Below, piece by piece: positions 52,955-64,000 of a stretch of 64,000 nt of DNA. Under the pieces are notes generated by a model. That model searched no databases and was not told the DNA's origin. It saw nothing but the letters and a program-made list of their open reading frames with translations. Source of the stretch: Octopus vulgaris. Taxonomy: Eukaryota. The stretch is from NCBI GenBank assembly GCA_951406725.2, contig OX597820.1, forward strand, positions 22,320,001-22,384,000, in the 5' to 3' direction. The position numbers and the translations under genes are program-made. Numbering within the stretch: the first letter of the stretch is position 1; the number at the start of each line of letters is the position of its first letter.

Positions 52955-53478
52955 TTATTCCTTTACTTGTTTTAGTTATTTGACTGTGGCCATGCTGGAG
53001 CACCACCTTGAAGGGTTTTTTAGTCAAACTAGTCAACTCCAGGACTTATATTTTTTAAAGCCTAGTACTTATTCTATCAGTCTCTTTAGCTAAACCACTA
53101 AGTTTCAGGGATGTAAACACATCAATGTGGATGCACATGGCCTAGGGGACTCACAGTCGAGGGATCATGGGTTCAAATCTCAGTCCAGGCAATGTGTGTG
53201 TTTATGAACAAAACAATTAAGCTCCATGCGGCTCCGGCAGGAGGTAATGGCAAACTTCTGCTGACTCTTTCATCACAGGTTTCTCTCACTCTTTCCTCCT
53301 GCATCTAGCAGCTCACCTGTGACAGACTGGTGTCCTGTTTGAGTGAGGTACTTATATGCCAATGAAACCGGGAAACCAGCCCTTATGAGTCAGACATGGC
53401 TTGAGAGGGAACAAACAACAACAAAACATACCAACGCTGGTTGTCAAATGGTGATGTGAGACAAACAAACACAAAGAG

Positions 53479-53520
<42 letters not shown>

Positions 53521-53670
53521 GCGACGGGCTACTTTCAGTTTCCATTTCCCAAGTTCACTCACAAAGCTTTAGTCAGAAGGCTATAGAAGACATTTGCTCA
53601 AGGTGCCACACAGTGGGACTGAACTTGGAACGACATGGTTGGGAAGCAAGCTTCTTACCACACAGCCATA
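52955..53670 (-). mobile_element. SINE A interrupted by SINE C (53128-53424, +)
   Basis: The host resumes after an imperfect TSD aaca(ca/ta)(t/c)caa(t/c)g. Confidence 0.8.
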
Positions 53671-54984
53671 TTAAAATTACCTCCACTTCTAGAGAACATA
53701 CCATAATTATCAAGCGATAATTATTTAAGAGTTGTAATGTTTGGAGTTCACCAACGTAGATGGTTGATAAAATAAAAGACAACCAATATATAAAGAATTT
53801 TACGTACCTTACTAATCCAAAACATATTTTGGCATACATGACACACATTCTTCTTCTCTGAGAGTGATTCCTTGCTTTCTGGGATTCTTTTCTTTCTTTT
53901 TTTTTTGTTTTTTTGTTCTGACATTTTACTTTTCATGGATACCATACGCAAATCTTTCCTTTCATATGGTTTATAATGTTACTTGTGTGGTGGGGATGAT
54001 AGATGTGCATGCATGTATATGAGTGGGTTTGTATGTGTTCGCTTCTTGAAATCTGTTTTTACAAAGTGTGTACACACATATAAATATGTGTGTGTAATGT
54101 TTATGTACGAAAAGTTTCCTAATGGCGGTGCCCCAGCATGGCCACAGCTCGTAAGCTGAAACTAGATGAAATAAAAAAAAAAAAAGAAATATATTGATTA
54201 TAATGGTGATTTGTATGTGTGTGAGTATATGTATTTATGTTGTTGTTGTTTAGCTGCAGACATTCCAACCGTGACTGTCCTATATTATTTCTAAAGGACT
54301 ACATTATGCAGCATGTTCTTCTTTTTTTTAAGATGGTCAAGCAGAGTTTGAGTGAAACTTGGTTGCTGTTTCTAACATGTCAGGCAGTTATCTAGATTGA
54401 GTAAACCCATTATCAGGAGTGTTCCGGCCATGACCGTCTCGTATTTTTAGGGATTTCTCAGACTACATTATCAAATGTACCAGTAGGATCACAGAGCTAA
54501 CATAGTGCTTTATTTTAATGACTGTCCCCCCCCCCCACACACACACACACACACATTCAAGAAAAGGACAAGAGGCAAAGTTGATCTCAGACACAGAAAT
54601 TTAAATTAAATGAAATTACACATCACTGCATTTTGTTTTTGTAATTTAGTTTGCAAGATTCTTGATGTGAATTCTCATGCTTTGGAAAACAAATTTTGTT
54701 GTATGTATTCCATTAAAGCCATTATATTTAGTTATCTCCATGCCATGAGGCACATAAGACCACAACACAATCTCTCCAATACTGTTCTAGTCTCAATCGC
54801 CAACATTTGTCACTTTAGTGCCACCATACAAACACTTTCTCAATCTTGTCTGAAGACGTGTCCAATCTAGTTCCAGCATCTCTGTCTAATTTAATTTCAT
54901 CAATAATCCTGTTGATATGAGGGTCAATTGTGCCAATAATAAGCACAGGCACTGGTTCTATTTCACTTTCTTTTTTTATTATTA

Positions 54985-55359
54985 CTAGCAGTATCGCCCG
55001 GCGTTGCTCAGGTTTGTTTCGACCCTTTAGAATTGGAATTTTTGAAAAGTAAAAATGTTGCATTATGTAGCTTGTTATTCTCTTTAAGTGAACATTTTTC
55101 TGGTTGAAATACACTGATAAATGGTGACACAGCAGTAAAAAAATTGTAAAAAATAGGGATTTTCATAGAATAAAAGCACCTTTTTGATGTAAATAATTTT
55201 TGGTGTTAACATGGTCCAATTTGAATTTCATCTTCTACGGAATGAAGAGCAACCTTTCTTCTATCATACTCTCAATTTTGATCAACCTGCGCCGCAGGGT
55301 CTTGGAGGAGATAGTGTTAGTTGAAGGCTACCAAACCTACCATACACAGACAACTTCAG

Positions 55360-55405
<46 letters not shown>
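54985..55405 (-). mobile_element. Non-autonomous Helitron H
   Basis: Homologous to 24319-24714. Confidence 0.8.
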
Positions 55406-55408
<3 letters not shown>

Positions 55409-56382
55409 CAGTCAATTGTTAACTAATCAATTGTTCAATTAATCATTCAGTCAATGAATCAATCAGCTAGATTTGTCAGACCTTTTTTTCACCCTTTGCA
55501 ACCTTATTGAAGACACTCCTTCTCTTATCCAAATTTGGTTTTAAGTAATCCAACATCCAGCTGAAGTTATGTTTCTCACAATAATTTTCACTTTCCTTAC
55601 AATATTTTTCAAACTAAGAAAAGCGAAATAATTCATCATATTCCTGAACTGGCTAAAATGTAATGTACTAATAGTTCAACCAAGTGCATAACTGTTATTT
55701 TAAGTTGCTTGAATTCTCATCTGTTGAAGACTAAGTATGTCTTTTACTCTTTGCTCTGGTTTCTTTTCATTATTTAGATTACTAAATAATTGTTCTGTCC
55801 CACTTTCGTTTTTTTTTCTTTTTCCTCTTTGTTTCTCTTTTACTGGTCTTTTTGCTTTAATGTAAAAACCCTGTCGAAGGCAAAGGCTTTACTAAGTGTT
55901 TTTGGTTTGAGTTTGTTCAACAGGAAATATATCCCCAGGTCTGAAATAATAAAATGGTGGAAGGCACTTGAGAGCTAGCCAAATTCTTCAAGGGCAAGTA
56001 ATGAAGATAGATTAATTGAAGTCAGTTCCAGGTAACAGAGCAGCAACTCTCAGCAGAAAAAACATAAAAACATTTGGTTTCCAGGTGGATTCCATATCCG
56101 GTTCTCATTAATCTTTTTCACAATCAAAACATTTTGATGGGAGAAGAGGGACACTAAAAAAGGAATTCTAAATTCTCATATATTTTTGTGTTATAATCTT
56201 TTATAGGAATCTACATTATCATTCTTTAAACTCTTTAAACCCATATTTTCATTTCTTCTTCATTTGCCACATATCTTGTTTATTTTCGTTTAGTTTTTGT
56301 TATTTTTGTTCATTTTCATTGGCTGTCCCGTCATTTCAATCATAACATCTCATTTCAAAGTTCTAAATGATTATTATTATTA

Positions 56383-56760
56383 CTAGCAGTATCGCCCGGC
56401 GTTGCTCGGGTTTGTTTCAACCCTTTAGAATTGGAATTTTTGAAAAGTAAAAGTTTTGCATTATATAGCTTGTTATTCTCTTTAAGTGAACATTTTCTGA
56501 TTGAAATACACCAAAAAATGGCGACACAGCAGTAAAAAAATCGTAAAGAATAAGGATTTTCATAGAAAAAAAGCACCTTTTTGATGTAAATAATTTTTGG
56601 TCTTAACATGGTCCGATTTGAATTTTTTCTCCTACGGAAGGAAGAGCAAGCCTTCTTCTATCATACTCTCAATTTTGGTCAATTTGCACCATGGGGTCTT
56701 GGAGGAGATAGCATTAGATACGAAACCTGCCATACACAGACAACTTCAGCTTTATTTAGA
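56383..56760 (-). mobile_element. Non-autonomous Helitron H
   Basis: Intact terminal hairpin cccgagcaacgccggg…ctag on the minus strand. Confidence 0.8.
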
Positions 56761-56985
56761 GAGAGATTATTATTATTATTATTATTGTTAGCACACCAGG
56801 CAAGATGCTTACTAGCATTTTGTTCATCTTTACGTTCTGAGTTCAAATTCCGCCAAGGTTGACTTTGCCTTTCATCCTTTCGGGGTTGATAAATTAGGTA
56901 CCAGTGAAACACTGGGTTCAATGTAATTGACTAGTTCCTTCCCCAAAAATTTCAGACCTTGTGTATATAGCAGAAAGGATTACTA

Positions 56986-57027
<42 letters not shown>

Positions 57028-58458
57028 GAATCATTAGCATTCTGGGCAAAATGCTTTGTAGCATTTCATCCGTCCTTACATTCTGAGATCTAATTCCACC
57101 AAGGCCAACTTTGCATTTCATCCTTTTGGGGTCAATAAAATAAGTACCAGTTGGCCACTGGGGATCAAAGTAATTGACTAAAACTCCCTCAAAATTGCAG
57201 GTCATGTGCCAAAATGTGAAATCATTGTTAATATTATTTAGTTGATGACCAGCTGAAATTATGCATATTATCCAACTATCTCATTCTTGAGCTACCCCTA
57301 GATTTCCTGTTGGCTGGCTTGGAAATCCAAACTAAAAGACAAAAAAAAGAAAAAGGAATGGTAGGATGAGATTTGAGGGCAGTTTGGCTGCTATTTCTAA
57401 CAAGGAAAATTACCACGTACAGCCTTTGCCATTGACTCTCTAATTCTTAATTATATCATTCTTATGTTTGTACACACCACTAAAGTTGTTATTTTAATTA
57501 AAATTCTTCAGCTTTCATTACATTAAGTACACTAGCGCCCTCTTTGCTATTAAAGATACACAGGTGTTACACCATACCTTGGAAGTATCAGCAGGAATGC
57601 TTCATCCCGAGCTTTGAAAATAAATGGAGGCTTTGAAAATAACCAAGCCATCTCCAATGATGACGATGATCAGGAGTTAGCAGTTTTTTTAGCTTTTATC
57701 TTGTACTTTTTACTTGTTTCATCATTGGACTATGGCCAAGCTGGGGCACCACCTTAAACGGTCTTAGACAAACAAATCAATTCCAGTGCTTTTTTTAAGT
57801 TTACTACTTATACTATTGGATCATTTTGTTGCTGAACTTGTAAATTACAGGGACATAAACAAACCAACACCAGTTGTCAAGCAGTAAGGAGACAAGCACA
57901 AAGACACACACATATAAGGATGGTTTTATACATGCACACACACACGTACACACTGAGCTTCCACACAGTTTCCATCTACAGGCATTGATCAACCCAAGGT
58001 TTTAGTAAAAAAACACTTGCCCAAGGTGCTGTGCACTGAAACTGAACCCAAAACCACATAACTGCAAAGCAAGTCTTTTAACCACACAGCCACCTTGATC
58101 ATATGTATGTATCCAATGTTGTGTGAACTCAACAGCTAGACAACAACGTTCAGCTATATTTGTATTATGATAAGCTCAGCCTCTATAAAAATACATCGTA
58201 GATGAGTTTTTATCTAGCATTAGCTTATCACTGGTTATTATCTTCAGTGTCTGACTTGTGTTTCAATATCTAAAATAGAGTTTATGTATTTGGATGCACA
58301 GATACACCTCAGTATCTCTTAACTTTTTAACAAATGGTGATTCTTTACTTAGAACTCATCAGTCCTAATGACCACAACTGATATGTATGTATGTATGAAT
58401 GAGGTCTGCTCAAAAAGTATCAGAACTGGTTTTATAAAAAGAAAACTACTATACAAAA

Positions 58459-58865
58459 GGCATAGGAGTGGCTGTGTGGTAAGTAGCTTGTTTACCAACC
58501 ACATGGTTCCAGGTTCAGTCAAACTGCGTGGCACTTCGGGCAAGTGTCTTCTACTATAGCCTCGGGTCGACCAAAGCCTTGTGAGTGGATTTAATAGACG
58601 GAAACTGAAAGAGGCCCGTCATATATATGTATATATATATATGTATGTGTGTGTGTGTTTGTGTGTCTGTGTTTGTCCCCTCACCATTGCTTGACAACCG
58701 ATGGTGGTGTATTTACTTCCCCGTAACTTAGTGGTTCGACAAGAGTGACCGATAGAACAAGTACTAGGCTTACAAAGAATAAGTCCTGGGGTCGATTTGC
58801 TCGACTAAAGGCGGTGCTCCAGTGCGGCCACAGTCAAATGACTGAAACAAATAAAAGAAAAGAAA
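58459..58865 (+). mobile_element. SINE A
   Basis: Full length. Confidence 0.9.
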
Positions 58866-59083
58866 AAAGAAAGAAAAGCATTAATTTGCTGAGTTTTCAT
58901 TCTCATACTGCCGCATAAATATATTTTATACATAATTACAGAAATAAATATGATTCAGCAACAGTCATGTACCAGTACTTCATCAGGTAGATTGCTCTTG
59001 AAGCATTGCTGGGTCTCTCTGAATTTCCTCTCTTTTATATGCTTTCACATAAATATCTCTTTTTCTTTATGTAATTGAGCTGA

Positions 59084-59417
59084 GACCTCCTTTGGTCATG
59101 AGTGACCGTAGAATTGCACCTAGGAAGTTACCCTCCCAGGCACAAGTCCAAGCAAGGTTGTTTATGGAAGACCAGCAGTCGCCCATGCATACCGGTCTCC
59201 CCTCTCCACGCCAACAGTGTTATCCAAAGGAAAGGCAACGGCCGATACAGCTTGGTACCTGTGAGGTCGCAACTCATTTCTACAGCTGAGTGAACTGGAG
59301 CAACGTGAAATAAAGTGTCTTGCTCAAGAACACAACACGCAGCCCAGTCTGGGATTCGAACTCACAACCATGCGATCGTAAGCTCGATGCTCTAACCACT
59401 GAACCATGCACCTTCAC
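59084..59417 (-). mobile_element. SINE with D-type head and the tail shared with long SINE C
   Basis: Head tgaaggtgcatggttcagtggttagagc…gagttcgaatcc and tail …ctaggtgcaat…catgaccaaaggaggtctc. Confidence 0.8.
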
Positions 59418-59858
59418 TGATGAGGATTATGATATACATATTAAGACATCGTATAGAAGAATGGAGAATCGTACATCTACAAAATTTGTTCATTACCATA
59501 TTATTCTCATTAAATTCCAATCCGACTCGTGTTTCTGTTGCATAAGTGTCCTAATGTCCATTGATGTGTCATTCTTCTTTATGATGTCTTGATTATATAT
59601 CCTGTATGCTTTACGGAATCCGATGAAGTGAACTCTGGATTTATCTATGAAGTGAAGTACTGTGTAATTGTTTATCTTTAAACAATTTTGTATGTTCCCT
59701 ATCATTCAATGGGGTTAGCCAGATCTGGATTATATCAGAGTACTAACTAGGTACCTGCCCGGATTCCAAATCTCTATTTCTTTATGTCGTGCATACATAT
59801 TATATACATACAAAACACATATCATATACACTCATATACATATAGACAGACAGATATA

Positions 59859-60268
59859 TCTACAATATAAATTGGACATGGGCGAGCATTGTATTCTTTC
59901 TTGTCTTGAGGTTCACAGCCAAATGGCTGGGTGGATTCGCATGAAAAATGGCACACATGTGGAGACGGGTGCATAGATTGGAATGCAGTTTGTATTTTTT
60001 TCCTAGCCCCCATACTTATCGAGAAAATCGATTAAAACTTTTTCTAATGGAATTCCCCTCTTTCTTCCGCCATTAAAACAACCATTTGCTTAGAAGCTGT
60101 TTTCTGATGGTGTGGGGCCAGGAAATTTTCATACAGCTGGAGGCTCCAATCGAAACAGGGGACCCGAAATGATAAGTTTGAGGAATGCTGTTATAGATTA
60201 TGCCTAACCGAAAACGATCACAGCCACATCATCCAAACAGACCGGGTGAAACCGGGCTTAGCTGCTAG
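59859..60268 (+). mobile_element. Second non-autonomous Helitron family
   Basis: A|TCtacaatataa … ccgggtgaaaccggg hairpin … CTAG|T. Confidence 0.65.
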
Positions 60269-60856
60269 TGGACATATATATACATACATAGACATGTGAG
60301 TTTTTTGTTACATAGCATATTTTATTTTGCCCAAGTCTTGACACTTCCTTTCAGGATAAATAAATAAAACCATACTACTATATTATCTTACAACACCATA
60401 ACAAACAACATTTTCAGTAAACTTCTAAATAAATAAATAACTTGTTTACTATTATGGTTTTGATTTTAAATAAAGTCCCTTCTGTTCTTATGAGTTCTTG
60501 TACAGGCAAAAATATTTACTCGTAAAAGGAAACTGCCAAACTAATATTACGCATTACAAACTATTTGCATCAAGTTTGTTGTACAATAACGACTTGATAA
60601 ACATGTCAGACTATAAATGAAAAACTGTATTGGACATATACTAGTTTCTTGTTTAACAGAAAAAGAAATATATACATGTGTATGTATATATATTTATGTG
60701 TATATGCTGACCTAATGTATACTGGCTATAATAAATAAATTTGTATTAGAAATAAATTGCTTCATGTGAAATAATGTCTGTCGTTTGTCTCTGACATTAA
60801 TAATTACTGTTTTAGCTTATTGCAGTGTATCGTTCTTAAATAGATGAATTTCATAA

Positions 60857-60908
<52 letters not shown>

Positions 60909-61683
60909 CTCCCAGATTTTATATGTAATTTGTTTACATAGAAATGTTAATTGCGAAATCATTTTTATATTGTCCACTTAGCAAATATTATTTTGGGAAA
61001 AATAATGACAACAGCAAGTTTTATTTTATATTTATATTTTATAGAATACTAAGACTGTTTTTTTTTTTATATAGTTTTTCTCTCTGTCTTCTGGGTTAAA
61101 AATTTTGTCCTTCATACCTCCTGGGTTTAATATACCAGTAATATACTTGAATTGGTTTAATTAAAATAAATATTTGCTTTCATTTGCAATTTCTACCTTT
61201 TCAAAACAAAATAAATGTCACTATTTATAATAAAACTACTATATTTGATGGTGTGGCTGAGCTTAGATTTGAAACTGTGTTCATCCAGTATCAAGAGATA
61301 GGCCACAACATATCAAGTAACTTACCCTATATTCTGACAAGAGCATTTCAACTGCATGTGTACACTCAGTGAAATTCTCCATGGATTTTTCCACCAAAAT
61401 ATGATTAAGTATAGATGCGGGGTACAATCAGTACAGAGGTTGAGAGAGGTTCCTGTTAGAATAGATGAGCACAGGATACTTCGTCAAATGCTCAACCTTG
61501 GGTTAAATAGGCCATATCTGGCCCAAATCTATTGCCTGTTTTATGGTAAACCAGCCAAATCAGGCATCTCACGTACCCTACAGTGCAATACTAAAAATAA
61601 GCAGTCACCTCATTTGAGTTTTGAAGCTACGAGATAATGCATGATTAATTCAAAACAATGTGAAAAATAAGCATTAGATCTGT

Positions 61684-62115
61684 CGCGGTTTCAATTCCCA
61701 GACCGGGCATTGTGAGTGTTTATTAAGCGAAAACACCTAATCTCCACGAGGCTCCAGCAGGGGATGGTGGCGAACCCTGCTGTACTCTTTCACCACAACT
61801 TTCTCTCACTCTTTCTTCCTGTTCCTGTTGTACCTGTATTTCAAAGAGCCAGCCTTGTCACACTCTGTGTCACACTGAATCTCCCCAAGAACTACATTAA
61901 GGGTACATGTGTCTGTGGAGTGCTCAGCCATTTACACGTTAATAAATGAGCTGCGACATCATAGGTGCCAAGCTGTATCGGTGGCGTGGAGAGAAGAGGC
62001 TGGTATGCTTGGGTGACTGTTGGTCTTCCATAAACAACCTTGCCCAGACTTGTGCCTCGGAGGGTGGCTTTCTAGGTGCAATCTCATGGTCATTCATGAC
62101 CGAAGGGGGTCACAA
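61684..62115 (+). mobile_element. 5'-truncated long SINE C inserted into MITE G
   Basis: TSD agatctg. The MITE G halves lie at about 61503-61680 and 62120-62152. Confidence 0.8.
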
Positions 62116-62334
62116 CAAGATCTGACAGAGTAATCTGAATGCCAAAGGGCTAAAAAGAATCACTTCATCTACAGTGCATTTCTCCAAGTGCATACACAGG
62201 CCATTCTTAATTCTCACCTTTCACCACATGAAGATGTAGCTAATTCTTAGCCAAAACACAACGTACATGCACTACTCACCACTGGTAATCAGTAATACAG
62301 CCTCTGGCCAGTAACTTTTATGATCATTGTGGAT

Positions 62335-62665
62335 TCCCTACCACATGGTTCTGGATTCAGTCCCACTGTGTGGCACCTTCAGCAAATGTCTTCTACTATA
62401 GCCACAGGCCAACCAAATCCTTGTGAATGGATTTTGTAGACAGAAACTGAAACAAGCCCATCGTGTATGTGTGTGTGTGTGCTTGTCTCCCACTACCACT
62501 TGACAACCAGTGTTGGTGTGTTTACATCCCTGTTACTTAGCAGTTCAACAAAAGAAACCAATATAATAAGTACCAGGCTATAAAAAAAGATAAGTCTTGG
62601 GGTTGATTCACGGAACTTAAAATTCTTCTAGGTGGTGCCCCAGCATGGCCACTAGTAAAAGATAA
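62335..62665 (+). mobile_element. Older SINE A copy
   Basis: Diverged head, body and tail. Confidence 0.75.
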
Positions 62666-62933
62666 ATGATATAAGACTGTAATGTCCATGTATAAATAAA
62701 TGGTCTCATCAAAAATATAAAATGGACTTGGTCTTTTTTATATGGGAAACAGCACAGAGCCAAAATCAGCCCAACCAACCAGTTGAGCACCTCATTAACC
62801 AAGCTTCTACAACAGTATAAAAGAAACATGGGCATATCTGATGTATCCCAATTTTAGCAGGGCATATTGAGGGACATATTCAGGTGTAAAAAGATTTTTG
62901 GTGCTTTAAAGTATGTAATATTCAAAGCAGTTT

Positions 62934-63150
62934 AAGGCAGCAAGCTGGCAGAATTGTTAGCATGCCGGGCAAAATGCTTAGCAGCGTTTCATCTATCTTT
63001 AAGTTCTGGGTTCAAATGCTGTTGGGATTGACTTTACTTTTCATCTTTTCAGGGTCAATAAAATAAGTACCAGTTGAGTACTAAGGTCAATGTAATCAAC
63101 TTACCTCCTCCCCTGAAATTGCTGGGCTATACCAAAGTTTGAAACCAATG
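62934..63150 (+). mobile_element. SINE B
   Basis: Full head and central domain. Confidence 0.8.
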
Positions 63151-64000
63151 CTTAAAGCAACTTTGCATGTAGGCCCCAAGGCGATTTCGTGAGGTATTTA
63201 TTTTGGAAAAGCATGCATTTTCGGTCAAATATGTTGTGCCTCAGTTCAACTGTGTTCGTTGAAAAAGACCCTTGATCAAATATGTCCCAGCTATGACCAT
63301 CATGCCTTTATTTCAAAACTTTTGTGTAAGGACCATTCTATCAGATATGTCCTTTCTTTTAGAATACCTTAAGGTATGATCCGAGGAAGATGTAGCTGCT
63401 GGTTCTTGCAGGTTAAATAAAAAAAAAAAACTGCTTAAAAGCTTTTTTTCAGGAAAACCATATCATGTCGGGTTTTCCCCCTATCTTCTGCTTTAATTTT
63501 TCTATGAATATTTAACACACCTGGATGTGTAAACCGCCCCCCCCCAAAAAAAAAAACGAAATCTTAAGAAGGATTATTGTTTGGTTTTGTTATTTTTTCT
63601 AATGATTATTCTACAGTAAAGATTACCCAACCATATTATTTTATTTTGCCATCAGTTTTACTTCCTAGAATTATTATCACTCATACTACATCATAACACC
63701 CTATCATGCCATATGTTGCTGTTATTGTATGACATATCATATCAAAACAAGCCATTTATTTTGACTTGAAGTATTTTGTTTGTTTGTTTCATTTTTCGTT
63801 TTTGGTTGGTGTTTTTTTTGTTTGTTTGTTTGTTTATTTGCTGTTGTTAGTTTGCCACTGAATTAATTGCAGTTAAGTAAGATAACAGTAGCATGAACCA
63901 ATCTCTGGACCACAGAGTCTGAAAAAATATGAGCCAGCAAGGAGGCTCCCAAGTGCAGCTGGATATGAGACAGGCTTCCTAGTGCTACTAAACATAAAGC

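Noticed and set aside
61184-61637. Two short ORFs in semi-unique sequence
   Set aside because: No convincing splice sites or motifs. The second ORF runs into MITE G.

Overview
This is an AT-rich, repeat-saturated eukaryotic (metazoan) window that looks intronic. The tRNA-derived SINE repertoire and the microsatellite load resemble octopus/cephalopod DNA; that is an inference, not a database result. Most of the sequence is retroposons (about six SINE-like families, here labelled A-E and I, many nested or chimeric), TTAA-flanked piggyBac-type MITEs, TA-flanked Tc1/pogo-type MITEs, non-autonomous Helitrons, and short RTE, CR1, mariner, Tigger and Penelope-like remnants. Almost all ORFs in the supplied track are microsatellite or SINE artefacts. 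No complete gene is visible. A few small + strand exon candidates (3603-3667, 15816-15893, about 52592-52826) suggest a gene with very long introns, which I cannot name. There is no prokaryote-type system (CRISPR, operon). The most notable items are: a ~205-nt headless retroposon in two full-length, TSD-flanked copies; a triplicated exon with two dead copies; local inverted duplications, one of which brackets an exon; decayed hammerhead cores in a Penelope-like palindrome; and 5S- and tRNA-Lys-headed SINE chimeras. Repeat boundaries were read by eye and are approximate (about +/-10 bp).
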